Positions 51,101-64,000 of a DNA stretch of 64,000 bases are shown here, in pieces. The translations under genes and the position numbers were made by a program. A model generated the notes under the pieces. It saw only the letters and a list, made by a program, of their open reading frames with translations. It made no database searches and was not told where the DNA came from. The first letter of the stretch is position 1, and each line of letters starts with the position of its first letter. The DNA is from Botryllus schlosseri. Its lineage: Eukaryota. The DNA is taken from assembly GCA_051294905.1 (NCBI GenBank), contig CM119380.1, positions 9,982,001 through 10,046,000 of the forward strand. The letters are read 5' to 3'.

Positions 51101-52828
51101 ACGTTCTCTATCTTGGTTATCGTGTTTTTTTGCGTAGCGCGAACGGAGTCTAGAAGAAGCGGCCGACATGACGTGGTTGCATGACTACTCGGTAATACAA
51201 TGTTGGGATTAACTGTAGGATATACAAGCGGATATCCAACAAGACTGAATAAGATGCAGTACCTTCATTAGGGCTATATCGTGCACAGTAAAACATGCGG
51301 AAATGCGATTAGGATAACCTGCCAATCTTTACGAAACAAATTAGAGGAACCTAGTTGTATGAAAACCCGACTAGACGACGAGATGCGTTCCGGAATAAGT
51401 GGCGTTTTGGTCGATCAGTGCTGTGCTCAATGGAGGCTGATATCTGCGAATGGACCAACTTACAGTTGGGTGAACCTATCATCTTATCATTTCGCAGGGA
51501 TTCATATGCCCCCATTTTCATAAAAACTTCATTTCAATGGTCATTCAGGGAATGTTGTCAGATGTAGTGATGTTAGTGGTCCATAAATAGCCACTTGTAA
51601 TCATGTTGATTGTACGTACAATATTTCATGTTCGCGATTGCGATCCGGATATTGCAGTTCCGGTTACCGTTCCATTGTGTTGAGTATCGTGAGGTACGGA
51701 AGCGGCGGGTTTCAGTTTACTGTGAAAACCGGCGTTTTTGGGTTACACTTTGCGACCGAGAATAGAGTAATTTCTTCATACAAAGTGACAATAACGGGAG
51801 GGGCGTGTACAGTTGATACGAGGGCGTTCGAATTACAAACGCCGCGTGCGCTATCGATGAAATACCCCGACAATGAGACAAAGACTCTGCAGTTGGGAAT
51901 TGGGCGATTCTCACCTCCAGAATCCGGCCGGCTGTCTTCCCACCAGGCACAGCTTGCTTGCTAATCATATTACAGATGTACGAATGGGGCACCGGATATT
52001 TTTATCGCAAAAAGTGAGGCGTCACAGCGCTCCAAAGTCAGTAAAATGTATCAAAGTATAGCAATGTTTGATTGTTGGAACCAGATATCGCTATTTCCGA
52101 TGTAACATATCATTATATGTCCCATAACATCATTTATTCATCATCAAAATTAAGCTGAGAATGGATACTGCCGAGAATTGACTTGGACATCACCGACAAT
52201 GTCTCTCACTTTTAACAGTTGCTGTGTTGAAAACGTCACCGAAGGGGCCGATAAATGTCGACCAGAATTTTTATGGATACATACATTGGCCCTGCTCTAC
52301 TGGCTTGTATGCAGCCGTCAGTGACTGAGAGTGTGAATATATCAACGTGGCGCATTAACTCTAATGTCACATGGTATCTCCGCACTTTGCGACTAGGTCC
52401 TAAATCAGACATTAAATAATATGTTTGCTTCGTAAAATTTTACGTTCATGGTCGTTTATCAATCTCGAAAATTTCCACATGAATGGGCTACACTTGACAG
52501 AAGTGACCAGTAACGAAGTAGTTCTACATCTTCGTCGTTACTAGCACTATTTATTCAATTCGTTCTGCTGTTATACCATTCCCATTTTGACTTGAGAGTT
52601 TTTTCGTCGAAACTATTTAGTTTTAAAGCTTGCATTTCGTGAAGTAGAAGGCTTTTCATGGCTGTCATTGTCATATTAGATGGGAAGAAATGCTAGTGGA
52701 TTACGGTTGTCGAATATACTTTTGGAAAGCTGCACTAGTAATCGTGTCACGAGTCGCTTTGTGATAATTGCGAAGATACATCTTGCTATCACCAAAGTAG
52801 CCATCCCCTATAAACTGTTCAAACTATG

Positions 52829-53091
52829 GTAATGTTTATGGTATTCATGGTGTTTGTCGAATACTACGGTCTTTTACACCAGGTCAATTTTCATCAATTT
52901 TATTCCGTAGCTGCCGACTTGTAGCACGCCCACTTGTAGGCTTTTTATAAGACACCGCTTGTACGGATGAGATGGCGAGGAGGAGCCTAGATAAACCTCC
53001 AATACTTAGGTACGAATTCTGCAGACGACCTCGGCCGGACTACTACATTGGTATTGCAGATGTGGATTATACCACTACTCCATGTCGCCAC
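52829..53091 (-). mobile_element. Near full-length tRNA-derived SINE
   Basis: Has the family sequence with a small deletion at the B box and a 13-bp TSD t(g/a)ttcaaactatg (52816-52828 and 53092-53104). Confidence 0.88.
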
Positions 53092-54235
53092 TATTCAAAC
53101 TATGTGAAATCATGACCAGATATATACTTCAAATATACTTGTCAAAACTACGTGCCCATGGGTACTTTTCCGACGTTCATTTTCTTGTTCCACACGACCC
53201 AGTCTTGATATTACACGGTAATCGCTATACTTCTACTAGTAATTCAGTGGAAATTTACATCGTTTGCCCTACTTGAGTACCGACGCTGACTACGGCGACC
53301 ATCTCTGAAAATAGAAAAAATCGTCTCATTGATGTATGATCGACATGGCATTTCGCCATTCCATTTTCTGGTTCTATAAAATCAGTGACATCACTTTACT
53401 GCAATAAACAACGATTTCTTATGAACTAGATGTCTCTTCTTGAATTTAAACAGCACTTGGTATTCCACTCGAAGTAAATCTCGACGGCTTGTTTAAACAT
53501 CATCGATTAAGTCGAGTAATAAGTGTTTCCAACAAATCCGTGTTTCAAAGACTGGTGCTATCGCCGGTTCTTTGCAGTCGATACAAAACTCGGCGCACGA
53601 GTGTACTCGAGATATGACTAAGACTCCATAGCCGTACGGAACATCTCAAATTGAATCCGATAATCATATCGCCCTCGGTTAGTCATAAATCAACAAATTT
53701 GGAGTATGTAGGTCATATGTATTTATCTATTGCGGTTAAGTATACAGATACTGGTGCTAGAGTCACTTCACTCAGACATATCCTCTTGCTTTTTCTATGT
53801 AAAATATACTTTCCCATAGACAGTCGCGAAGGTATTAGGAATTATAATGTAAATAAAGCTTTACATAATGACACATATATATGCCTAATTCTCATAATTC
53901 CCTTTTAATGTAATTTTCTCACAGTCAGTGGGGTACTATGGTATTACTGTATACTTTGTACAGAATTATTCATCGAGACGCTTAGAGTCGCGGAACCTCT
54001 TGCATGGGTTTTATCTTGGACAATATCTTGACGATATGCGGCGCATAGTCTATTGAAGTCAAGTAGCGTCCACACTCTGAATAAAAACCATAAAACCGGT
54101 CTTTTTTGTACGCTCAAGGCTGGCATGAATAATCGTTTTCGTCATTATAGAGAATTGCCGATGTTATGTCAGACTGTGCTGAACATGTGAAATGCTCTTC
54201 AACAGTGATTAATATTTATGTGTGGGACTGTGGGT

Positions 54236-54488
54236 ATGGTTGTTGTTGCTGTTGTTATAGAATTTGGGGGTTTCAACTACATTGATGACTCTACATCCGG
54301 CCGATGTTATTTTCCATGAGTCCTGAGCTGCCGACTTTCATTTTAAGTTTTTCGAAGACACTGAGTTCACAAATAGGATGGCGATGAGGAGTCTGGTTAA
54401 ACCTCCAACACATGTGTAGTAATTCTGGAGTCGACTGCGGTCGGACTCAAACTCACAATTCATTGGCGTTGCAGATGTGGAACGTACC
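54236..54488 (-). mobile_element. Diverged SINE copy
   Basis: Has the family head and body, a (CAA)n tail and a candidate 9-bp TSD actgtgggt. Confidence 0.78.
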
Positions 54489-55234
54489 ACTGTGGGTGGT
54501 CCATTCACGGTTCAGCCATGACCTACCGATTTATATGATGTGAATTTGAATTTGTCCCAGTTATACTAACATGTCACCCTGCACTATTCTTTTATTTGCT
54601 ATTTCTAATTATACGGTGACTGTAGGAAATGCTTGAAGGTGCATTAGTAACTTCACCACGATAATATTATGTGACAAGCGCAATCCAGCGAATAACCTTT
54701 ATTCACTAAATTCGGCGAGTTTCAGCGGTGCAATTTGTTCAATCAGGTTCATTGAGCAGAAATGCGAATTTTATGGACATCTGTACCGTGCAATACGGCC
54801 CATTTCAATGATGACCATAATGCGCTAGTTTAGGTGCGGGATAATATCGCTCAGTCTCGATTAATAGTGTATTTCGTTTCTCAAGGGTACGACAGATTGA
54901 TATGACACAAAAGCCTTCCAGAATGCTCTATCACCATGACTCCATGAGCGTCCGGGAAATCTATTCAAAATGGCGCAAGAGAAAATAGTCTTGTAACCTA
55001 ATGTATATGACTTCGTTCCAATTAACAGAAAACTTAAAAATGGAGCATACATGATCTGACACAGCAAAGTACTTATTCCTCAACTTCAGAACAAGATTGA
55101 ATTATCGAAACCTTTGGTATCTCAAATAATTCGGCGGAGTGAGAAGTAGATAAAAGTAAATATCACAGTGCGAGTTTATGGCGAATCAGTGCTATGAGAA
55201 TTTGATATTGGTCCTTGATTCCCCACTCCTTTAT

Positions 55235-55375
55235 AGAGCTTCTTGGAGGTACAGAACTTCAATACACAATTGAATACTATATTCATATTGAAATGATCCC
55301 GTATATTATCGGCTGACACTCGTCAGGGGTAATCGTCAGCATCTATAGTAGAGAACTGGAAAGAATATTGTATAT
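55235..55375 (-). repeat. HHR-bearing repeat copy (GAAA mutated)
   Basis: The reverse complement reads acccctgacgagtgtcagccgataatatacgggat, followed by the shared ttcaatatgaata...gaagttctgtacctccaagaagct tail. Confidence 0.72.
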
Positions 55376-57499
55376 GTAGAATTTTAGAAATATACTATTT
55401 GCGATAGTCGGGTATCTTACCTCTCCACAAGACGTCACACGTAAAATTAATCACATTCTTCTTGGTAACAATCCATGGATATATTTCTATATGGATTTGT
55501 GAATCTGGCTCAGTTACACCGATCGGAATGGATGTGAAGCAAAATTATGTATCGGAATGCGTTGGTGACTTAAAAATGGTAACCTACGGAGGGTTGGAAA
55601 TCGGTGAAATCCACGATGTTCGTTTTTAGTGCAGCCAACAGTAGCGAAGCCGGGCTGTAAGTATTAGGCGGCGTTACTAAGATAGACGAAGAGCGGCAAA
55701 TCAGAAAAAGTGGAGGAGATAAAGAGAGAAACAAAGTAAAAGATATATTAAGCTTTTACTTAAGTGACAACTTGCGCACCGCCTGTGCTTATTTTATCAA
55801 TTAATATCTAGACTTTTCAACATATTATTTCAAAAATATTAATTACAATGCGAATATTATATCCTATATCTAAATATTACGACGTAATTGTTATAGATCT
55901 ATTACGTTCGGCATGAGCACAATCCCATCGATTTTAATATTACGTACGTCTCTATCTATCAATACATAATATTTCAAACCAGCACAACACCAAAATGAAA
56001 CTAATATCCCTGAATGTTACAGTAAATTTGTTATAGGCATAGATTAGATTCGGTATAATAACCATTGCACGATTTTCATTTAGGTATGCCTCCATTTGTC
56101 GATCAGTATTACTTGGATTTTGGAACGCATCATTTCAAAATAGCATAACATCAATATCACGATAATATCAAATTTCTGATTATTGTCGAGAGATTGTTGT
56201 CGATAATCTCGATTAGTTATGAGCACCATGCCACGATTTTGAATACTAATAAACGTGCGTTTCTATTGCATAAGTTATCCTTTCGCGACACCATTTCGCC
56301 CACCAATTGATCTTTGCTCGTTGCAGTGCGTTTACCGCACCGGGGTAGCTTCCCGGGACAAGCTCACCGCGTAATACGCCGCATCTCGCGCGGCACGAAG
56401 GAAACGTGTGAATATACCCGCGCGCGTAATTACCCAATTTCTGCAAAGATAACCATCGCGAAAAGTCTACTGACATGCTTACATCGGCTTTATTTCGTTT
56501 GAGCGGGCGCTTGTTTCTCTCCATCATAATTGCACGTAACGAGTTACGTTACTATGACCGATGCGCCGGCTTCACTTTGCGTAACCGCAGGCCTGATCTG
56601 AGGGTGTTTCAACCCAAGTCAATCAATCTTTAGTGCGCACTGCGCAGCAATCCGTGCTCCTTGTAGGTTTCCCATTTCGTAATGGCGAGTACGTGTAGTC
56701 GTGAATGTGACATTTCTAGGCACAGTTACATAAATAATGAAACAATGGGTGTCGCTATAAATCCTTCTAGAGCCGCAGTGACACTGAGCAGTGCAAAATG
56801 ATATCCGTGCATTACACATTCTGCCCTCGACAATCCAGATGTAGTGTATGCAGATGACAGTACGATTACACCCAAGATTCTTAAAGTGCAAACACTGATA
56901 GGGTAGCGATGGTGACAGAACTGGGGCACTAACTCACACGAAAGAAGTATATCTGTCTAGTTAGAACAATATCATATGAGAGTAAATAGCAATCAAACGA
57001 GTGACTAGCCGGAAAAAGATGAGATTTGAGATTCTCAATAAAAAATTCAATTACAATCATCATGTCATGTCTCAATATTGATAGCATAATACACGGCTTG
57101 GAAAAGTAGAAAAGTATGAGCTGCGGGCCTTGTAAATTTTGAAAATTGACGGCTAACCAACTTATTAGATATGATATCACAAAACTGTGATGGGAGTATC
57201 CAAAAAATTAGGGACGAAAAATATAAGTAAAAACTATCATTTTACGTCACAATATTGATGACATTGCGCAAGACGATGGAGATGTGCTAATTGTACAATG
57301 CACTGCCTAGGTTTGCAAACTGTGCGCATCAAACACTTACGTGTCCACCCATAAATTGGCAGCCTTTGAGCAAATAGAACAACTGCAAACTGCTTTTACG
57401 GTATATACTTAAGCCCTAAGGTGCAGAGAACAGACCGGGGACAATTTACAAATTCGCGATATTGTGGCATTATTTAGGGAGAGCGCTTGATGGCTTGCT

Positions 57500-57623
57500 G
57501 TGGCTGTTTGCGGTATTCATGGTGTTTGTCGACCACTATGGTCATTTACACCAGGCCAATTTTCTTCATTTTTATTCCGTAGCTATCAACTTGTAGCACG
57601 GCCCACTTCTAAGCTTTTATAAG
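57500..57623 (-). mobile_element. 5'-truncated SINE copy
   Basis: Only the 3' half is present (cttataaaagc..agaagtgggcc...gtcgacaaacaccatgaatacc). Confidence 0.8.
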
Positions 57624-59086
57624 TCAAATAAACCGGCGCTTAAGATTGCCGGACCCTGACATTCACCCTCGCTTAACGTCACATGTTACAACACTTCCAT
57701 TGGTTGTCTTATTTTGATTTTGATTTTTTGAATTCTCAATCAGTGTACATGCTTTTTATTTACATCTTCTAGCTAGAGGCCAAGATAGGTGTCTGATTAA
57801 CAGAATACTCTAAGTCTGCTCGGTAACTTCCTGTCTTGTTGTTGTATCACAATCTTGCGATGTCGAACCGAGCCAATAAACATTGGTCTAACGGGAAATG
57901 ATTGAAACAGTTGACACTAAATTATTGTGAAACGTCACTACACGCCAGAGGTGACTTTAACCGCAGATTAGTAGAAATTACATTTTAATCTTACAAGCTG
58001 TCGCGTTGATTCTGCTCTCCCATATGCCACAGCCTTAAGCAATGTACCTCCATTAAATTAGGACGTGAAATCGTATTCTCCCATGGGTGGAACATTCGCG
58101 GACTCGGCATATGCGGAATATTTCCTTATGACTGATGCAGGTTTTTCGTTGTTAGATAGAAGACATGGCAAATATGGATATCGTGATCTGCTGCCCATAT
58201 ATCTTCGAAACTGCCGCAGCAAAAATTTGAGTAAATAATTGAAAATATTACAAAATATTCTCTCAGCGTTTCAGAATGAATTGTTGTCAGTCATGCTGGT
58301 AAAGTGGTAATTTATACTTGTTGTGTAGAAACAATACGCCTATAGGCCAAACAGCACACCCACTCTATGCTGAGCTATAAGTCAGAATATGGTTCTTGAC
58401 ATTGGCAGATCCATATTGATTTTGGGTTTGGTAAAAAAATATTTCTAATTTCTGTGTCTGTATCTACTCTTTCACTTATTCAAGTATAGTCTTGCCTTTA
58501 TACTAGTTTACTTCAACAGACAGACTGTGATGCTAAAAAGCTAATATTTGCATTGTCATTTTCGGATGCACAGACACTTGCACTGTACGTGCTGCTACGA
58601 AGGAATAAACCACCCGTCGCCCCCTGTTTTCGCAAAATTGCCCCCAGGGGTATTTCTCGAATGTATTGGGGACCATTGGTAGAGACTACAGACGCTGTCT
58701 TGCCAAAGCCTAGTACGATAGACGGCCGTGCTGGAACTAGGGAGCTCAGGTAAAGGAGCCTGTTATAAAATTACAATATATATCGAAACACTAGTAACAC
58801 TAAGCAACAACAAAAACATCGATTGAATAGTGACCATGTGAATGTTAATGAGCAAATGGACCATCAGTTATTAAACAGTCATCCTGGTCAATATTCCATC
58901 GATGTTGTTGTTGTTTAATGTTAAAAGTGTTTCGATAACGATCGTTTTCCGTTCAATTCAAAAATTATTTTTCTAGTCGTTACTGATATTTGGTAAATTT
59001 TAATAATATGTCTGCTATAAATAAACTTTAAACAGGAATAGGAATAGGAATAGGTCGTAGTATATTTCTGTCTCTGATGTTTTCGG

Positions 59087-59389
59087 GGTCCGTGGACATA
59101 CGAGCATGCGACATTATAGCATGCGACACATCAGCATGCGACAATAAGGCATGCGGCACATGAGCATGTGGGTAACATTACAGGTTAGGGTGGGTTAGGG
59201 TTGGATTTAGGGTTGGATTAAGGGTAAGGCTTTGGGTTAGGATATATATAGGGGCGAATTTCAGGGCTATGTTTCGGTTTAGGGTTAGTTTTGGGGTTGT
59301 AAAGTCACATGCAGAAGTGACGCATGCTAAAGTGTCCCATGCTCAACTGTCGTTTTCCATTGTGTCGCATGCTCATATGTCGGGCAATC
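59087..59389 (+). mobile_element. Unclassified TIR element with GGTTAG-rich core, copy 2
   Basis: Has the same 22-nt start as copy 1, several (agcatgcgaca)-like repeats, a ggttagggt core and a matching right arm. Confidence 0.72.
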
Positions 59390-60301
59390 TGAGGGACAAG
59401 AAAGGTACAGAGATAGCCCTGTAAGACTTTCAAAGTATTGCACCACCCCTACACGCTACCCCGGTAATGCTTAGTGCCAAGCGGGGTAGTCATTGATATA
59501 CCAGTGTTACTATTTCGGTCATTGATCTGACCCAATCCGCGATCAAGAAGCCGGGCTCTACCAGTACGCTCTCTTATCGACCACTTTAACTAAATGCACA
59601 CCGCTTAACGAATTTATGTATGGTATAATTTAATGATTCTATTGACTCATTATCAGTTTATTCAAATATCCTTCATTGCGAAAATTTATTGAATATTGCG
59701 GATCATTCGATGCCTAACAACCAATAGCACAAGGTGTTGTAGTCTCGTATTGCGATACCATTCTCGAATTTCCGAGGTTGAAAAAGTTTATATGGATTTA
59801 ATCGAAATGCAAGGGTGAAAATAAAAATTATTTGAATATGCAGTCCCATAATGCCGTTAGCAATCATGCGTATATTTCCAGTGCTTGGCGATTCTGATAT
59901 GATTGAACTCGTTTGACGTGCAGAAGACGAGTATACCTATTACGGCAGAAAAGTTATGATATCACTGAAAGATACAGACGAAGATTGCTCTAATTACACT
60001 TAACGCACGGAAAAAGTGTAGAAACCACAACCTATATATTCTCTTAATTATTTCAAGTTTGATGGCTATGAATATTCTAGCGGTTTTGTTATAATATTCA
60101 ATAACATAATAGATTAACTCTCATGTTACCGCATTCTCTGAATCAACGTGTGACGGCACACAAAACCAGATTCGATTATTTTTACAGATGTGTCAGAAAC
60201 GATTTGGAGGGGCCTTCTACCAACAATCGCGATCAACGATAATGCGAAGATAAACATTACTAATTTCGCAACAAAATAGAGGTTATTAGATAATTTTTCT
60301 C

Positions 60302-60327
60302 ACTCCGTGACTCCGTGACTCCGTGAC
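60302..60327 (+). repeat. (ACTCCGTG)3 minisatellite
   Basis: Read directly from the sequence. Confidence 0.85.
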
Positions 60328-60844
60328 TGTTCGACCTGGATGCATCATCCAAATCAAGCTGTTTAGCATTCACGGAAACAACGGAATGGTTTAAAATCAA
60401 ACCTGACGGAATGTGAACTCTTACGACATCTCCGATCAAAGCGAGGACTTGAGTTAAGCACACTACGTGGATCGTAAAACGTATTTTTAAGTTGAACACC
60501 TATGGGGTGTATCTGATTCCTTTCACTATAGCCTATCCCCGAATACCATGACCCTATAATAAAGTAAGGAGAAAATGAGGGAAGCTATATGGAACATAGA
60601 TATAGTACACTATAGTATGGTATGGTAATTTAGTATAGTTTAGTAAGAGGTACATGGAAGAACACGTAAAACATGATTAAATTACAATAAATGAAGATAT
60701 TATCCACCTTCTACCAGCTATAGACCCGTCGTATCAGTACGTTACTTTTTACGGAAGGAAATAACAAGATTTTCTCATGTTCGGAAAAATGTTCAAGTCC
60801 TCATTAAAATTGAAAATAATATTACTATCGACAACTGTATTTTT

Positions 60845-61207
60845 TAGGGTTACCATACGTCCTCTTTTAGGAGGATTTGTCCTTTTTTTTTAAAGTTTTT
60901 TGAGAGTGTCTTCGGAGGACGCCCAAATGTTCTTTTTTTTCCAGATTTTGCCCTCTTTTTTCAGTATATTGTTTAAATATAGGGTAAAATTCGAATGAGA
61001 TACAGTAAATCAGCACTGAAGTAACGCTCCGGCGGCTATTTCGGGAGCTGGAAAGCTGACCTTTTTTGTCAACCAACGGAGAATTAAAGAAAAGTGTCAA
61101 TTTCTGGAGCCGAGTCGGAAACAATACTTTTTTTTACTCCAGTATTGTAAGTCGGAAAATTTTGAAAAAGTGTCCTCTTTTCACATTTCCAAAATATGGT
61201 AACCCTA
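60845..61207. mobile_element. hAT-like MITE
   Basis: Perfect 13-bp TIRs tagggttaccata / tatggtaacccta and internal tgtcctcttt repeats. No TSD is recognisable. Confidence 0.7.
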
Positions 61208-62329
61208 CTAACCCTAATATATTTGTTTTGTTTGATTCGCTTTATCCTATGTACATATTCAAATATGGCATACTGCACTGCAATGACTATTGCCGTTTGC
61301 GTTCCGAAATATCATAGACAAAGAAGGCACATACGGACATTGGTTTTCTTCTTTGGTTTTGTCATTAACCCAGCAACTTGAAATAGCTCTTGAATCACCC
61401 TAGTGGTGTGCGATACGTGTCTCGTTACCCACAAGAGGTCGGAAGAGCAGTCGTAACTCAATTGCTCACGTAGCGTAGCACAATTGCTCAACCGAGCGGT
61501 AACGCTGATCTAGGTATTCGCGAACTTTTAGGGAATATATATGCCAAACGTAATAGGATATTCAGCGTTGGGAATTGAGATGAACAGAAGCCACGTGCCG
61601 CAGAAAAGCCGCGCGGAAGCAGGCGAAGAGACGCATGCGGATTGCGAGCCGCGACTTCGTCAGACCTGCTCTATGCCATTGTAGAATACCGCGTACGCAA
61701 ATCGAATTGGTATTGGGAGAGTAGATAAACCTCAAGCACCTAGTCGTGGGCATGGATTTAGAGCGGAACTCGAATGCGTAACCCATGGGTGTCAAACAGG
61801 CGGTCTGCGAGCTGCATCTGGCTCGCCACACGATTCCTCCCGCTCGCCAAGTAATTCTGAGGTAATGGGGAAATTTTTTATCCAATATTATTCAGCCCAT
61901 TTCTAAAAAAAAGTTGCAATAGTAATAAGAAATACTCTGACGTAAATGATCTCTCAAGATGGAAAGTGTCTCACATGTTCATTAGGGCTGTTCAAAAATA
62001 ACTTTTTCTTCTGGATTCCAGCCATTCAGGCATTGAATTGTCAGGTTACCCTAAAAAACTCTGCGCACCAAATTTGGTTCAATTCTATCAAGTATAAGGC
62101 TCCGCAGATCCAATTAAAATTTTCAATTTATAATGGAAAATAAAAAATAAAAATTCAAATTTTTCGTCATCCCCATGAAATTGTTGAGCTGTCTTCAGAG
62201 ACGATGCAAAACAAATTTGACTCAATTCCAACTAGTAGAAACGGAGTTATTGGAGTTTTTAGTTGTTTTTCGTTGATACTCTTGGATTATCCCTGGATCC
62301 TGTATTGTGTGGACACTGGACATACCTGA

Positions 62330-62842
62330 TTTAACTATAGCTCCGTCAGGTCTGGTGCATGGCGGACTGGAAAGAGATATGCGTGGCTATACCAACCCAA
62401 TATTAAAGACCACATTGACAACAAGAAACGTGAGATTTCGTATCGCATTAATACTGAGAGCTACTTTAAAGGCTCCAGAAAAACCAACGCAGGCTGGGTA
62501 CGACGAAAAGACGCCTACTTGAAAAACAAATGCAAATTCTGCCAACACGCCGAAGACACTCTGCGTCACACTTTCGCCGAATGTGCAACTTACAAAAAAC
62601 TGTTCTCTCTTGTAATACAGGATCTCGAGAACGACCTGCAAACGACTATTGACGCTACAACCGACGAGATCATACGCAACGTATACGACGGACCGCAAGC
62701 TCCGACTATAATACAAGCTTTTATGAACGTGAAAACCCTTGTGTGGGAATGGAAAAATGCACTCGACATACAAAATGAATACGCCCAAAATATTGACCAA
62801 CGCATCAACGATATAAGAAGTAAAATATACCGAATAATTTAA
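62330..62842 (+). mobile_element. 5'-truncated non-LTR retrotransposon ORF2 C-terminus (L1/Tx1-like zinc-binding region)
   Basis: An open frame of 170 codons with no ATG start contains CKFCQHAEDTLRHTFAEC (CxxC-x7-H-x4-C), the pattern found C-terminal to RT in L1/Tx1-type LINEs. A low-complexity putative 3' UTR follows. Confidence 0.7.
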
Positions 62843-62904
62843 GCGAGCCATTTAAACACTCGCGCGATAAATCACATTGCATTTATCGACCCACAAAACG
62901 CAGC

Positions 62905-63075
62905 CAATCCACCTACAACCTATCCCAACCACCCAAACATCCCATCCCATCTCACTCTACCCCACCCCTAAACCACCACCTACCCCCCAAATCTACCCTA
63001 TCCACCACTCCCCCTATCCTATTCCTATCCCACCCACCCCTACCATATTCCTACCCCACCCACCACCACTCCACC
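62905..63075 (+). repeat. C-rich low-complexity tract (putative LINE 3' UTR)
   Basis: Runs of ccc/cccc interspersed with a and t, directly after the ORF stop. Confidence 0.7.
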
Positions 63076-64000
63076 AAATTTATATGAAAATCACACGCAA
63101 ACGAGCGCCAAATACTGGCGGCTGCTACTACGACCGCGAATCGACATCGACTGCTGCGATGAGATGAGCCGAGCGACTACGAGAACCAACTTACGACGGC
63201 GTCTACTACGACCGCGTATGCAAATCCTACTTCAGCAACGGCTGATACGAGATGACCCGATGATGGGGAAAGATTTTCTTTCTGAAATTTTTGATATTTT
63301 ATGTACATATTTGAATAAACATCACTAAAACGGTGCACAAGACCGTGGTAGTCGAGCACCATAAAACCCCTTATGCATATACAAGCCATCCTGCTTAGAC
63401 TCACTACGGCAGTATACCAGTCAAAGAAATTTAATCTTGTTGTCATTCCGTGTTAATCAAGGACTAGTGCTCTGATATTAGAAAAGTTTTTAGATGGTTT
63501 GTAGGGAACCCACTCTCAAATACACAATCCACTTGTCTATACGACTTATCGCAAAAAGCTCTTGCAAGTACATTGATGCAGGATATGAGTCAACACGGGC
63601 ACTCATGAGGTGACTGTTGTAAGACTTCTATTATTGTCTCTCGTATCACACAACATAGATGACAACAGGAAACTGTTATGTGAAGATACCTATAGACGAG
63701 TAATATAGTTAAGTAATTATAGTTTACTGATATGCGTTTACGACATTACGAGTAGCCTACAACCACAAGGTGGCTCTAAAAGTGACTGCGTGGTATCAGG
63801 AAAACAGATTTGTGAAATTTAGGCAACTATATGTCAATAGAAAATAGATCACGGTGCAAAATAACAAGCGGTGATGGGTAGCCTCCCATGGCAACAGGAT
63901 AAAATAGCGAGTGTCAAGACAGAGAGTGCTGAAACAACGAGTGTCAAAATAGCCGGGTGGGGTTGATTATGCTAGAGTTTGAGTTGTGGTTGGCTTAGGT

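Noticed and set aside
59180-59300. Telomere or interstitial telomeric array
   Set aside because: The repeats are degenerate, short and enclosed in TIRs shared with other copies.
62387-63167. 154-aa minus ORF and Pro-rich ORF 62877..63167
   Set aside because: The first is antisense to the LINE frame and the second is an artefact of the C-rich tract.

Overview
Eukaryotic genomic DNA: AT-rich introns, GT-AG splicing and no obvious CpG depletion. The exon layout suggests an invertebrate chordate such as an ascidian, which is an inference. The left 18.8 kb holds one minus-strand Eph receptor tyrosine kinase gene. I assembled it by hand into 16 coding exons with consistent splice phases (at least 912 aa): signal peptide, ligand-binding domain, cysteine-rich region, two FN3 domains, TM, juxtamembrane and kinase. 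Its 3' end runs off the window at position 1. The remaining ~45 kb has no host gene I can support. It carries several hAT-type MITEs with 8-bp TSDs (including an inverted pair), a tRNA-derived SINE family (7 copies, three with TSDs), fossil hAT transposase fragments, a TIR family with a telomere-like core, and a 5'-truncated LINE end. The most notable signal is a dispersed repeat (7 copies) carrying a minimalist type I hammerhead ribozyme of the Penelope-like-element kind. One copy (31013-31046) has an intact core and sits in a hairpin-shaped inverted pair bounded by a 12-bp TSD.
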